The translations under genes were made by a program, and so were the position numbers. A stretch of DNA of 64,000 nucleotides from Dehalococcoidia bacterium. GTDB lineage: Bacteria > Chloroflexota > Dehalococcoidia > Plut-88900. Location: assembly GCA_965207225.1 (NCBI GenBank), contig CBDBLV010000005.1, positions 320,001 through 384,000 of the forward strand. The letters run 5' to 3'. Numbering within the stretch: position 1 is the first letter of the stretch; the number at the start of each line of letters is the position of its first letter. This document shows positions 19,902 through 30,181 of the stretch, in pieces. The notes under the pieces are model-generated. The model was not told the DNA's origin. It saw nothing but the letters and a program-made list of their open reading frames with translations, and made no database searches.

Positions 19902-20249
19902 CTACACCGAGAAGGAGTTCCCGCACCCGCACGTCGTCTTGGCGTTCGGGTTCGTGAACTCGAAACCCTTGCCGTTCAGCCCTCCAGAGAAGTCCAGGAC
20001 CGTGCCCCCGAGATAGAACATGCTCTTGAAGTCCACGTACAGCTTCACGCCGTGCTCCTCGATGACTTTATCGTCCTTCTTTGGCGTCTCGGCGAAGCCC
20101 AGCTTGTACGTCAGCCCCGAGCAACCGCCGCCCTTGACCGACATTCGAAGGCCAAAGTCGTCGTAGCCTTCCTTGGAAGCAAGTTTCTGCATCTGCTTGG
20201 CGGCCTGCTCCGTTACGTGGATTGTGGGCAAAGTTGTTGCTGTTGTCAT
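19902..20249 (-). CDS. iscA: Iron-sulfur cluster assembly accessory protein (HesB/IscA)
   Basis: GGGCSG and NPNA-x-x-TCGCG-x-SF. Confidence 0.9.
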   Translation of the reverse strand: MTTATTLPTIHVTEQAAKQMQKLASKEGYDDFGLRMSVKGGGCSGLTYKLGFAETPKKDDKVIEEHGVKLYVDFKSMFYLGGTVLDFSGGLNGKGFEFTNPNAKTTCGCGNSFSV

Positions 20250-20313
20250 GGCTGCCTTCCGGCTGTTGGTGGAATTCCTCTATCGAGATTTTAGGAAGCA
20301 CAAGGCATCAATG

Positions 20314-21540
20314 TCAAGGATTGCGCCCCGATGCCAGGTTCCCCCGCCTGCTCGGCAGAAACCTCTCCGATCCCCCCGACGGCAGATGGTCCGCATATAC
20401 GCTCGGCTCGGACGACAGGAACCGCAATGCCCACCTGTACGCCGAGTCGGGGTTCTCTGCCGGCTGTCTCCCGTACCGGTAGTCGTGCAGCGCAATGAAG
20501 TCGTCCAGCTCCCCGATAAGCGTGTTCAGTCTTTCCAGTTGGTCCTTAAGGAATGCTCCTCCCGCCTCCCCATCGAGCAACTCCAATGCCCGAGTCAGGT
20601 GCCTCAAACACAGCAGGTCCCGCGCCCCGTACTCTCTGATCTGCGAAATCGCTTCATCCAAGGCCCGATTCTCCAGTTCATCGGATTTCTCGCACATCGG
20701 GCAACCCTTTTCCTTCGTTTGCCCTTCGGATCCCTCCGTCGGATCAAGGTGAGCAAAGAGCCTGCTGCCCGCCGTCTTGGTTCCCCGGTAATGGGCCAGG
20801 CAAAGCCCTAACCTGCCCGACATTGGCGCAGCCCAATCCCCCTCCAGCCTCAACAGCCGCTCACACACCGGACACCGCTCCGATGCATTGACGTAAATAC
20901 TCTCCGATCTCACCGGCACCGGAAACATACCCGGAATCGGCAAAACCGCCGCCTCCACCCGCCTTTCTCTGGCCTCCCTCGATAGACCCGCGTTCTGAAG
21001 CTCGTATAACCGGGACCGTGCCTCGGGTTTGCGCACCGCTGACACCATGCCCTCGAAATGCGCCCGACAAAACGGAAACCCCGATTCAAGCCAGTCCGGC
21101 GGCTTGTCAACCGTGGCCGCCAAGAGCAGTCGCGCCCGAGCCCTCCGCCCCGCACCCTTCGCAGTCTCACATGCCTGGCACTCCCGACCCAGCTCAAATC
21201 TCCATGGCGCCGTCCCAATCCACCTCTCCCCCGAACGCCCACTCTCCAGCGCCCGGGTCACGACCTTCACCAGGTGCTGGAACACCATCGCCACACCCAG
21301 CGAGTTCTTGATTACGTTCCGCGCCACCTCTACCGAGCGCCAGAGGTCGGCCGGACAGAGCCCGCCGGCAGCTATGAATTCATCACGGGTGTCGGGGTCG
21401 TTGACGTGCTCCCAGAGAAAGCTCCATATCCAGTTATATCGGGACTCCCCCTCGAAGGCACAGACGGGGCATATGTCCCCGGCACACGCTTTTTCTAGCT
21501 GGATAGTCAGGTAGTCGTTGGGCAGCGACCGCCGGAACAT
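20314..21540 (-). CDS. DUF6062-like Cys-rich protein
   Basis: CPVC...E-x-VND...GGLC; repeated CxxC and C-x-x-H motifs. Confidence 0.65.
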   Translation of the reverse strand: MFRRSLPNDYLTIQLEKACAGDICPVCAFEGESRYNWIWSFLWEHVNDPDTRDEFIAAGGLCPADLWRSVEVARNVIKNSLGVAMVFQHLVKVVTRALESGRSGERWIGTAPWRFELGRECQACETAKGAGRRARARLLLAATVDKPPDWLESGFPFCRAHFEGMVSAVRKPEARSRLYELQNAGLSREARERRVEAAVLPIPGMFPVPVRSESIYVNASERCPVCERLLRLEGDWAAPMSGRLGLCLAHYRGTKTAGSRLFAHLDPTEGSEGQTKEKGCPMCEKSDELENRALDEAISQIREYGARDLLCLRHLTRALELLDGEAGGAFLKDQLERLNTLIGELDDFIALHDYRYGRQPAENPDSAYRWALRFLSSEPSVYADHLPSGGSERFLPSRRGNLASGRNP

Positions 21541-21569
21541 GAACGAAAGGAAAGAAGGCAGGCCGGGGC

Positions 21570-23051
21570 TCACGGATAAAAAAGCTTCCGCGCTTCCCGA
21601 CGCAACTCGGCGCGGAAGTCCGGGTGCGCCACGCTGATCAATTCCTCGGCCCTCTGCCTGAACGTCTTGCCGAACAGGCTCGCCACCCCGTATTCCGTCA
21701 CCACGTAGTCCGCATACCCCCGAGGCACCGTGATCGCTGTCCCCGCCTCGTGTTGCGGCACGATACGCGACACCACCCCCTTCATCGCTGTCGACCTCAG
21801 GCACGTGATCGCCCGACCTCCTCGCGAGCTTAGCGCTCCCATGTGAAGCTCCGGCTGCCCTCCGGTCCCCGCTATCAACCTCCCCCCGAACACCGTTTCC
21901 GCAGTGATCTGCCCCGTCAGGTCTATGGCTATCGCACTGTTCACCGATACCATGTTGTCGTTCGCCGCCACGCTGGCCATGTTTACCACGTAGGACGTAT
22001 CCCTCAGCTCGAACATCGGGTTATTGTGTGCGAACTGGATCTCGTCCTGCGTGCAATTGGAAAGCGACGAGGCCACGTATTTCCCCGCGTGAAAGTTCTT
22101 GCGCTTGCCCGTAACTACTCCCTTACGCACGAGGTCGATCAGGCCCCTCGGTGACATCTCCGAATGGAACCCGAGGTCATGCTTTTCTTCCAGCACCCCC
22201 ATGCTCGGTAGCAGTGTGGACGGCGTCCCACCCCCGACCTGAAGGCAAGACCCATCGGTAATAAGCTCCGCGACCTGCCGGCATATTGCCAGGGCTACAG
22301 GCTCCGGCTCACTTTGAAACCCCATCGATTCAGCCCATCGCCGCATCGCTTGGGCTTCCATATTCGTCAGCTTCGGAATTAGCTCGTAGCGCCTCAATGG
22401 CTCTATCCGGCTGGATATGGCCTTCAGCTCCTCCTTCGCCTCTTCGTCCTCCATGCCCCGGATAATCGACTCCATCTCTTCATCGGGCATCGCCCTCGAC
22501 GAGTTATCTACGAACCGGTCAATCTCGGATACATGGATATAGTTGGTTCCATACGTCCGGATGTAGGTATCGTTGACCTCTGCCAGCACCACCTTGGCGT
22601 GTCTGGCCAGTTGCCTCTTGTACCACAGGTACGGCCCGAAACTGCAATATCCGTTCTTGTCCGGCGGCGACACCGTGCACATAAACACATCAACGGGCGG
22701 AGCGTCAGCGCGGCGGTCGTCCAACGGCTTGTGCCATAGGGAGAACAGTGAAGGCAGATAGTCGCCCCGCCTCTCGTCGATCATCATCCCACCCCCACTC
22801 ATCCCCACATGGACGGTCAGCGTAGTGGATAACGACCCCTCCTGTCCCGGCTCATACCACGGCATGTCGTAGGCCGGCTCGGACATAACAGTCTCAACGC
22901 CCTTCAGTTCGGTCCAACGCTCCCCCAGCGCCGGCGGCAAAACCGAGGGCGTCGGCGACATGGCTATCTCCACCCTGTCCCCCGACTTCACCAGCTTCAC
23001 CGCCTCGTCCGCGCTGACCAGCTTCCGCTTGTAGTGCTCTTGCCAGTCCAT
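21570..23051 (-). CDS. Acetyl-CoA hydrolase/transferase (4-hydroxybutyrate CoA-transferase-like), paralogue 1
   Basis: VSPPDKNGYCSFG, HSEM catalytic Glu, GTGGQ, VVTEYG, AHPDFR. Confidence 0.9.
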   Translation of the reverse strand: MDWQEHYKRKLVSADEAVKLVKSGDRVEIAMSPTPSVLPPALGERWTELKGVETVMSEPAYDMPWYEPGQEGSLSTTLTVHVGMSGGGMMIDERRGDYLPSLFSLWHKPLDDRRADAPPVDVFMCTVSPPDKNGYCSFGPYLWYKRQLARHAKVVLAEVNDTYIRTYGTNYIHVSEIDRFVDNSSRAMPDEEMESIIRGMEDEEAKEELKAISSRIEPLRRYELIPKLTNMEAQAMRRWAESMGFQSEPEPVALAICRQVAELITDGSCLQVGGGTPSTLLPSMGVLEEKHDLGFHSEMSPRGLIDLVRKGVVTGKRKNFHAGKYVASSLSNCTQDEIQFAHNNPMFELRDTSYVVNMASVAANDNMVSVNSAIAIDLTGQITAETVFGGRLIAGTGGQPELHMGALSSRGGRAITCLRSTAMKGVVSRIVPQHEAGTAITVPRGYADYVVTEYGVASLFGKTFRQRAEELISVAHPDFRAELRREARKLFYP

Positions 23052-23058
23052 CAGCGGT

Positions 23059-24540
23059 TCACGGGTAGAATAGCTTTTGGGCTTCCTGTCGTAGTTCCGC
23101 CCGGAAGTCAGGGTGGGCGACGTTGATTAGCTCCTCCGCCCTTTGCCGGAAGGTCTTGCCCAGCAGGCTGGCCACCCCGTATTCCGTCACCACGTAGTCC
23201 GCAAACCCCCGGGTCACCGTGATTCCCGCTCCGGCGTCGTGTTGCGGCACGATCCTAGATACCACACCCCCCATCGCCGTAGACCTCAAACACGTGATCG
23301 CCCGACCTCCCCTGGAGTTTATGGCCCCCATGTGCAGCTCCGGCTGCCCTCCCGTCCCCGCAATCAACCTCCCCCCGAACACCGTCTCGGCGGTTATCTG
23401 GCCCGTCAGGTCTATCGCCAGCGCGCTGTTTATGGACACCATGTTGTCGTTGGCCGCCACGTTGGCGATGTTTACGACATAGTGAGAGTCGTAAAGCTCG
23501 AACATCGGATTGTTGTGTGCAAACCTGATTTCGTCTTGCGTACATGCCGTCAGCGCCGAGACTATGTACTTCCCCGGATGAAAATTCTTCCGCTTCCCCG
23601 TGACCACCCCTTTGCGCACCAGCTCCACCAGCCCCCGAGCAGACATCTCCGAATGCACCCCCAGGTGGTGCTTCTCGTCCAGCACCCCCATCCCCGGTAT
23701 CAGCGTCGATGGTGTCCCTCCGCCTACCTGCAGGCACGACCCGTCTGGTATAAGCTCGGCTACGTACTGCCCGATTGTGAGGGCTATCGGTTCCGTTTCG
23801 CTCTGGTACCCGTAGACCTGGGCCCATGCCCGGATCGTGGCGCCGTCCATCAGCGCCAGCTTGGGTATGAAGTCGTACCGACGCTCGATTTCCACCCGCT
23901 CCGATACTGCCCTCAGTTCCCGGCTCCCCTCCTCGTCCGGCATACCCTGGATGATTTGCTCCAACTCCTCGTCAGGCATGATCTTCGGAGAGTTATCAAC
24001 GAACCGGTCTACCTCCGACACATGGATGTAGTTCGTCCCGTGTGTCCTGATGAACGTATCGTCCACCTCTGCCAGCACTACCTTCGCATGTCTCGCCAGC
24101 ACGCGCTTGTTCCATAAATGCCCCCCGAAGCTGCAGTACCCGTTCTTGTCCGGCGGAGACACGGTGCACATGAAAACGTCGATAGGCGGCGCAGTCTCGG
24201 GTCTGTCGATGTGTGGCTTGTGCCACAGCGAGAATAGAATCGGGTAGTAATCGGACCGTTTCTCATCGATTACCGGCCTTGCCCCCCCCATCCCCACGTG
24301 GACCTCCAGCGTCGATGAAAACGACTCCTCGAACCCCGGCTCGAACCAGGGCATCGGGTACGTCGGCTCCGGCATCACTGTCTCGACGCCACGCAACTCC
24401 CCCCTGCGTTTATGAAGGGCCGGTGGCAGCAGCGATGGCGTCGGAAAGATGGATATCTCCACCCTGTCCCCCGACTTCACCATCCCCACAGCATCCTCCG
24501 CCGAAACCAGCTTCCGCTTATATTCTTCTCGCCAGTTCAT
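23059..24540 (-). CDS. Acetyl-CoA hydrolase/transferase, paralogue 2
   Basis: Same motifs and same length (493 aa) as the adjacent gene. Confidence 0.9.
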   Translation of the reverse strand: MNWREEYKRKLVSAEDAVGMVKSGDRVEISIFPTPSLLPPALHKRRGELRGVETVMPEPTYPMPWFEPGFEESFSSTLEVHVGMGGARPVIDEKRSDYYPILFSLWHKPHIDRPETAPPIDVFMCTVSPPDKNGYCSFGGHLWNKRVLARHAKVVLAEVDDTFIRTHGTNYIHVSEVDRFVDNSPKIMPDEELEQIIQGMPDEEGSRELRAVSERVEIERRYDFIPKLALMDGATIRAWAQVYGYQSETEPIALTIGQYVAELIPDGSCLQVGGGTPSTLIPGMGVLDEKHHLGVHSEMSARGLVELVRKGVVTGKRKNFHPGKYIVSALTACTQDEIRFAHNNPMFELYDSHYVVNIANVAANDNMVSINSALAIDLTGQITAETVFGGRLIAGTGGQPELHMGAINSRGGRAITCLRSTAMGGVVSRIVPQHDAGAGITVTRGFADYVVTEYGVASLLGKTFRQRAEELINVAHPDFRAELRQEAQKLFYP

Positions 24541-24707
24541 GTTTATATCTATTCAAATTTTATGTTACTTCATTATATGATTATGCCCGCGAAGTAACCC
24601 AGTCAATTTGCTGACAGCGGGCTGGGCAGCTCCCCCGAAGTGTGCAGGCCCCACCAGTCCCGCATTCTCATTCCCTAAATATCCGTAAAAGTGGAGGCAA
24701 TAATAGG

Positions 24708-27068
24708 ATGAAGAAGAGACGTATTGCACTTCCCGTCATGGCTATAATAGTCATGGTCACGCTGGCCGCCGTTGGCAGCGGGTTCACCTTGGACAACACG
24801 GCTCAGTCCGAGATGAGCCTCCCCCTCCCCGCCCCCACCAACGTGCAGGTGGTCAATGGCGACAATCCCGGCGAGGTGGTGGTGTCCTGGGACGAGGTTC
24901 CCGGCGCCTCCGGTTACCACATCCAATGGGTGGACCAGGACGCCGCTTGGGACACTCACTACGCAGGCCATGACTGGCAGCGCCTCATCCTGTCCTTTGA
25001 AGTTGCGGGGAGCGAAACCACTTCCCATACTCTGATGGTCAGCAACCCGACTACCGGTGCGGTGCAGTACCAGTTCAGAGCAGGCAGCAAGGGCGTCTCC
25101 AACGCAGAACCCGCAACTTGGTCGGTGTGGCAGGGACTGGAGGTGCAGGGAGACGCCGACAAGGACCTTCAGGCTCTCGCCGCCGCGATTCGTATTTCAA
25201 GGCTCGCCGGGCAGTTGGTTGCCTTGTCCGGCCCTACTACCACTTCTATGACCCAGGACGCCCTCGACCAATCTGGGGCAGCAATCGCTGGCCACAAGGC
25301 CGACCTCGCTGCTCAACTGAAAGTACTGGCCGGAACCGGCTATGACGCTCGGGCCGGCGAGATTGAAAGATTAGTCAACAATTTGGGATCTAACGCGGAC
25401 CTTATCCAGGAAGGCAGAGGCCCATTGCTGGCTGAGCTCCTTTTGGGGATAAGAAACTGGCAGAGCGTGACTATAGACAGCACCATAAAAATAGTCCCTG
25501 CCGCCGAGACCATACTCGATGACGAGTTCTATGACCTCGTCACCGGTGCCGATGATGCGGGATCAGCCCATCTCTCCAACCTCGACCTTCTCCGCTACTC
25601 CCATCTGAAAAATTTGACGACAACCTTGGACCTCGCAACTCCCACTCTCCTGGGCGCCAGCACGCAGGATAATCCTGCCCTGGCAGGCCAACTCCACGAA
25701 TTATTTGACGGGAGGGCTGCCGCTGCTGCCCGCGACATTGAATTTCTGAAGGAGCTTGAGGACCCTCGATTGGCGGACGTGCTCCGCCTCATTGAGGAAA
25801 TGTTTGCCCGCGGGCAGGGGGATAAGAACCTCTGGGATGGCTTGTATCGTCGGCTTGGCTTGATAACGCGGGAAAGAGTCCTGGTTGCGAACGTCGCCAA
25901 CATTCAGCAACAGTTGCTCGGTGAAATTAACGGCCTCGTGGCCGACGTTCAGGGCGACCCACAACCCTCGACAACTCCCCTGGTCGAAGCTGGCGAGCCC
26001 GGCATTACTGACAATGAGATTAAGTTCGGGCAATCGGCTGTTTTGACGGGGCCCACTGCCGCATTGGGTGAAGGGATGCGGCTCGGCGTCCAGGCTGCCT
26101 TCCACGAAGTGAACCAGGCAGGCGGGATCCATGGCCGACAGCTGACCCTCAAGACCCTCAACGACCATTACGAACCCTTCTTTGCCTTTTCCGCCACCAG
26201 TCAGCTGGTCAATAGGGACCGTGTATTCGGGATGATCGGCGCCGTGGGCACGCCCACTACTCGTGCTGCCCTGCCCTCGGTGGAAGCCGGCCATGTTCCT
26301 TTCGTAGGAGCGTTCACCGGAGCCCAGCTGATCCGGCGCGATGATCAGACTTACGTCCTCAACGTGCGGGCCTCCTACCACGACGAAGCCAGGGCAATGG
26401 TGGATTCCCTGGAAGAAATGGGCAAGACCAGGGTGGCGGTCCTCTATCAGAACGACTCCTTCGGCCTTGACGGCCTGATAGGCGTGGAAAAGGCGCTGCA
26501 AGGGCGCGATGACATGGAACTGGTGGCTTCCTGGTATTACGTCCGCAACACCTCCGCTGTGAAGTCGGCAGCCTATCGTATCGCCAATGCCAATCCCGAC
26601 GCAGTCATCATCGTCGGGTCTTACACTCCGGCGGCCGAATTCATCAGGTACACCCGCCTCAGGCTTGCCGATGCCCCCATCTTTATGGCCGTCTCATTCG
26701 TTAGCAGCGACGCACTCAAGGACCGCCTTGAAGAACTCGACCAATCCCTGGCAGACGTTTACGTGACCGAGGTGACGCCTTCGCCCTACGATGAAAGCAA
26801 CCCCTTGGTTGCCGGGTATCAAGCCGCCCTGTCCGCATTCGACCCAGAGGCGGAACCCGGTTTCACCTCCCTCGAAGGCTATATGGCCGGACGCCTGGCC
26901 ATCGCACGGTTGCAGGAGTGCGGCCCCGATGTCACTCGGGAATGCTTCCTTGACGTCTTTGATGAGACCACAACTGTAGACATAGACGGCCTCCAACTCG
27001 AATTCGGGCCCATGGATAACCAGGGCTCTGACAACGTGTCCCTGATGGCCATTCAGCAGGAGGACTAG
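24708..27068 (+). CDS. Secreted multidomain protein: Fn3-like + helical domain + LivJ/LivK-type substrate-binding domain
   Basis: Signal peptide; PAPTNV...VSWDEVPGASGY; PGIT-x-x-EI-x-FGQSA-x-LTGP, N-x-x-GGIHGR, YQND-x-FG. Confidence 0.8.
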   Translation: MKKRRIALPVMAIIVMVTLAAVGSGFTLDNTAQSEMSLPLPAPTNVQVVNGDNPGEVVVSWDEVPGASGYHIQWVDQDAAWDTHYAGHDWQRLILSFEVAGSETTSHTLMVSNPTTGAVQYQFRAGSKGVSNAEPATWSVWQGLEVQGDADKDLQALAAAIRISRLAGQLVALSGPTTTSMTQDALDQSGAAIAGHKADLAAQLKVLAGTGYDARAGEIERLVNNLGSNADLIQEGRGPLLAELLLGIRNWQSVTIDSTIKIVPAAETILDDEFYDLVTGADDAGSAHLSNLDLLRYSHLKNLTTTLDLATPTLLGASTQDNPALAGQLHELFDGRAAAAARDIEFLKELEDPRLADVLRLIEEMFARGQGDKNLWDGLYRRLGLITRERVLVANVANIQQQLLGEINGLVADVQGDPQPSTTPLVEAGEPGITDNEIKFGQSAVLTGPTAALGEGMRLGVQAAFHEVNQAGGIHGRQLTLKTLNDHYEPFFAFSATSQLVNRDRVFGMIGAVGTPTTRAALPSVEAGHVPFVGAFTGAQLIRRDDQTYVLNVRASYHDEARAMVDSLEEMGKTRVAVLYQNDSFGLDGLIGVEKALQGRDDMELVASWYYVRNTSAVKSAAYRIANANPDAVIIVGSYTPAAEFIRYTRLRLADAPIFMAVSFVSSDALKDRLEELDQSLADVYVTEVTPSPYDESNPLVAGYQAALSAFDPEAEPGFTSLEGYMAGRLAIARLQECGPDVTRECFLDVFDETTTVDIDGLQLEFGPMDNQGSDNVSLMAIQQED

Positions 27069-27132
27069 CGCCTACTGGCCCATGGGCATCGAACCTTGGA
27101 CTCGCGCCATCGCGCTGCGGTCAAAGCGGTTT

Positions 27133-27170
27133 TATCCATAGGGGCGAATAACCATTCGCCCCTATGGATA
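27133..27170. terminator. Perfect 17-bp-stem hairpin (REP-like, probable bidirectional terminator)
   Basis: TATCCATAGGGGCGAAT-aacc-ATTCGCCCCTATGGATA between convergent genes. Confidence 0.7.
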
Positions 27171-27299
27171 CATCATCCTCTCCGCCTCCCGACGCAGTTC
27201 TGCCCTGAAGTCCGGGTGCGCAATGCTGATTAGCTCCTCCGCCCTCTGCCGGTTCGACTTCCCCATCAGCTGCGCCACCCCGAACTCCGTTATCACGGT
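27162..27299 (-). pseudogene. Orphaned 3' end of a third acetyl-CoA hydrolase/transferase gene, split by the element
   Basis: Reads [45 protein letters not shown], matching the C-termini of the two intact paralogues; homology stops at the recombinase end. Confidence 0.85.
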
Positions 27300-28918
27300 A
27301 TGGCAGACGCAATCGCTACAGAATCATCCGTAGGGGATTCAGGTTCGGGAGCATCTGTCCCGAGGGGGTCGTCGTCGATGGGAATGGCCAGGGTAATGTC
27401 CACGTTGTTGTCCCTGTCGATGACCACCTGCTCCACCACCATCAGGAGAATCTCCCTGCGCTGCTCATCGGTTAGGGCGTTCAGGCCCTTGCCTACTTCT
27501 CTGGCCCAAACCAGGACACTCTCCAGCATACGCCGCTTCTCGACCTCGCTGGCTTCCTGAGCGCGGTAGTAGTCCAGCTTCGCCCTGGCGCTCTCCAGTC
27601 GCTCGGTGATGTACCTGCGCTGGTGGTCCAGTTGGGGCTCGGTTATCTTCCCCGACACGAACAGCCTGATGGCCCGGTCCTCCTCCATCTGGATGCTCCG
27701 CACGTCCCGCTCTGCCTGGGCTATCTCCTCGTCCAGCCCGCCGCCATCCTGGGAATCGAGGGTCTCGATGCCCGCAATGATCAAGTCCGGGCTTTGAAGC
27801 ATCCGCTTGACCTCGCTCCAGACCGGCTCCTCCAGCCGCTCGGCCCTGATGTATTGACGGTCTCTGCACTTGATGCGGAGGCTGTGCATCCCGTGGCACT
27901 TGTAGTAGCGCTTGGGAGTCGTCAGGTCGTAGCGGTACTTCTTGCCGTTGTGAATGCTGGAGGTCCTCCACTGGGCCTTGGCGTGGAAGTTGTGGCCGCA
28001 CTCGCCGCATTTGAGAAGGTGCTGCAACAGGTAGAGCACCTTGGTATTCCTCTTGGCCCTCCTGCTCCGCTGCTTCTTGAGGGCCTGCGCCCGCTCCCAG
28101 GTCTCGTCGTCGATGATCTGCGGCACGGGCACCTCTATCCAGGTGTCCTCCGGCTGTTCGTAGACCTTCATGCCGTCTTCGGTTGAGAGGTGGCGTTCCT
28201 TGCCGTACATCCAGGCGCCGGTGTAGGTCTCGTTCTTCAGAACGTTGTGGACGTATGCCTGGCTCCACCGCGTATTGCCGGTCTGGGTGGGAATGCCCTC
28301 GTCGGTGAGCCGCAGGGCAATGGAGGGAGAGCCCACGCCCTCTTCGAGGTACATCTGGAAGATGCGGCGCACGACCTCGGCCTGCTCTTCCACCACCTCC
28401 GGCCTGCCGTCGTCTCCGATGCGGTAGCCATAGGGAAGTCTGCCTGTGGGCACCCGCCCCTGCTTGGCGGTGCCGCGCTTGCCCAGGGTGGAGCGCTCGC
28501 GGAAGTTGTCCAGCTCTATCTTGCCGATGGCTGCCATGAGGCCGAAGGTCTTCATGTCGATGGCGTCCATGACAGCTTCAAGGCGTATCTGGTGGGCTTC
28601 GACGACCTCCATGAGGGCTGCTGCGGGGTACATGCCCCGGCTGAGCCGGTCGGACTTCCAGCATACGATGACATCGAATCGTCCACGTCTGGCGTCGGCC
28701 AGCATCCTCTGGAACTCCGGGCGCTTCTTTGACCATCCCCTGCCGACCTCGTGGTATCTGGCAACGATGGTCAGTCCCTTATCCTTGCAGTAGGCTTCCA
28801 TCTCGCCCATCTGCTCGGAGATGGAGGTCTTGTCCTCGGTGTCCTGGCTCTTGTCGGAGACGCGTGCGTAAATAGCCGCCCGGTTCGGCTCCGTCCTTCT
28901 ATTGGTAGTTCTGGCCAT
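27293..28918 (-). CDS. Large serine recombinase (integrase) 1
   Basis: YARVS, DRLSR, PYGY, Zn-ribbon CGECG...C...C, coiled coil. Confidence 0.95.
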   Translation of the reverse strand: MARTTNRRTEPNRAAIYARVSDKSQDTEDKTSISEQMGEMEAYCKDKGLTIVARYHEVGRGWSKKRPEFQRMLADARRGRFDVIVCWKSDRLSRGMYPAAALMEVVEAHQIRLEAVMDAIDMKTFGLMAAIGKIELDNFRERSTLGKRGTAKQGRVPTGRLPYGYRIGDDGRPEVVEEQAEVVRRIFQMYLEEGVGSPSIALRLTDEGIPTQTGNTRWSQAYVHNVLKNETYTGAWMYGKERHLSTEDGMKVYEQPEDTWIEVPVPQIIDDETWERAQALKKQRSRRAKRNTKVLYLLQHLLKCGECGHNFHAKAQWRTSSIHNGKKYRYDLTTPKRYYKCHGMHSLRIKCRDRQYIRAERLEEPVWSEVKRMLQSPDLIIAGIETLDSQDGGGLDEEIAQAERDVRSIQMEEDRAIRLFVSGKITEPQLDHQRRYITERLESARAKLDYYRAQEASEVEKRRMLESVLVWAREVGKGLNALTDEQRREILLMVVEQVVIDRDNNVDITLAIPIDDDPLGTDAPEPESPTDDSVAIASAIP

Positions 28919-28949
28919 CACTCCTCCTCAAGTACGAATCCGACTGGAA

Positions 28950-29336
28950 TCAGGCGACCTCGATGTCGGTCAATTCGAAGTCACTGCCCTTGAATAGCAG
29001 AGGCTCCCGCGTAGTTTCTGCAAGGGCGTAGGAGAAACAGTCGCCAAAGTTCAGCCCCGCTGGGTGGTTACGCTTGCCGAACCTCCGCCAGGCCCGTCTT
29101 GCCGCGTGCGCCTGTTCAGGGGTGACCGGCTCAAGCTCGATCCCCGCCTCTTGCAGGAAGGCGTCAAGCTCGTAACCGGCGGCTGGACCGCTGCGACTTT
29201 CGAGGACAATGCTCGTTTCCAAAAGGGTAGCCGCCGACATGCGACGGGTCGGCGCCGACGTGATGGCCCTGGCGAAGCGCGCAGCGTCCGGCTCGCGGAA
29301 CAGGATGGCAAGCACTGCCGAAGTGTCTAGGATCAC
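28950..29336 (-). CDS. vapC: VapC PIN-domain toxin
   Basis: ILDTSA...E...LNFGDCFSYALA...LLFKG-x-DF. Confidence 0.9.
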   Translation of the reverse strand: MILDTSAVLAILFREPDAARFARAITSAPTRRMSAATLLETSIVLESRSGPAAGYELDAFLQEAGIELEPVTPEQAHAARRAWRRFGKRNHPAGLNFGDCFSYALAETTREPLLFKGSDFELTDIEVA

Positions 29337-29590
29337 TTGGGCAGCCCCCACTCGTCATACAAGAAATCGCCGTGTTCAACGGCAGAGGGGCCGTCGCCCA
29401 TCATGCTGGCGCAGCGCTCTCCTATAGCGAGAAGTCTTTCGACCTGTGCCTCGGCGCTGCGCTCACTCCTCTCGCGTTCCAGCCGCTCCCTGAGGGCCAC
29501 CGTTATAGCGCCGGTCATGGTATCGCCGGTGAGTTGCGCCAACTCGCTGGCCAACCGACACGTCTCTTCGTTCTTGATGTTGATGCTCAC
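29333..29590 (-). CDS. vapB: VapB antitoxin (Rv0623-like)
   Basis: SINIKN-x-ET-x-RLA-x-ELA...LYDE-x-GLPK; overlaps the toxin start. Confidence 0.9.
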   Translation of the reverse strand: MSINIKNEETCRLASELAQLTGDTMTGAITVALRERLERERSERSAEAQVERLLAIGERCASMMGDGPSAVEHGDFLYDEWGLPK

Positions 29591-29607
29591 CGGCCCCTCC
29601 TCATACG

Positions 29608-29634
29608 GGTAGACTCTACATATATAAGTCTACC
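29608..29634. promoter_or_regulatory. Inverted-repeat operator upstream of vapBC
   Basis: GGTAGACT-N11-AGTCTACC. Confidence 0.6.
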
Positions 29635-29770
29635 ATACACCCTATCGTCGCCCTCTGCAACTGGTCCAGGGGCGACTTTGACAGGTCTGGGGACGGCAAG
29701 CCTGCATCAGTCATTCGCTCCACATTCGTCCTGCACGTCCTGGGTGGCGTACCTGATTGCCTCGAACAGA

Positions 29771-30181
29771 TCACGCCTCCAGCCAGTTCTCCACCGACAA
29801 TTCAGGGATGCGCTGAAAGTGCCGGATGTTGCCAGTGACAACCGTCAGGCCGCGAGAGAGGGCTATGGCGCCAATTCTGAGGTCCGCCTCCCCCAGAGGC
29901 GTTCCCTGGCGTTCCAGTTCCGCTCTCACTTCACCGTAACGACGTGCTGCATCTCCATCGAACGGGAGCACTGGCAGATTGGGCAGTAGGGCCTTTTCCA
30001 GCCGGTCCAGAAGTAGGGTGGTGTGCGTTTGCAGCTTGTAAGCCCCGTAGATCATTTCACCCAGGGTGATGCTGGATGTGAACTGGGCCTCCTGGGGCAC
30101 CGAAGCCAGCTTGGCGACAAGAGCGGTGGAGGGTGTGCGTTTGGCGATGTTGCTCAGAATGTCCGTGTCGAGGAGGTACAT
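29771..30181 (-). CDS. vapC: VapC/FitB PIN-domain toxin
   Basis: YLLDTD, E-x-x-YG, DLRI, VVT-x-N-x-x-HF. Confidence 0.9.
   Translation of the reverse strand: MYLLDTDILSNIAKRTPSTALVAKLASVPQEAQFTSSITLGEMIYGAYKLQTHTTLLLDRLEKALLPNLPVLPFDGDAARRYGEVRAELERQGTPLGEADLRIGAIALSRGLTVVTGNIRHFQRIPELSVENWLEA

Noticed and set aside
23143-24117. 324-aa plus-strand ORF and similar long antisense ORFs (e.g. 6211-7275, 36937-38067, 49090-49995)
   Set aside because: They overlap well-supported opposite-strand genes; typical GC-rich shadows
27121-27312. 63-aa ORF in the supplied track
   Set aside because: Wrong frame; the meaningful frame is the CoA-transferase tail at 27162-27299
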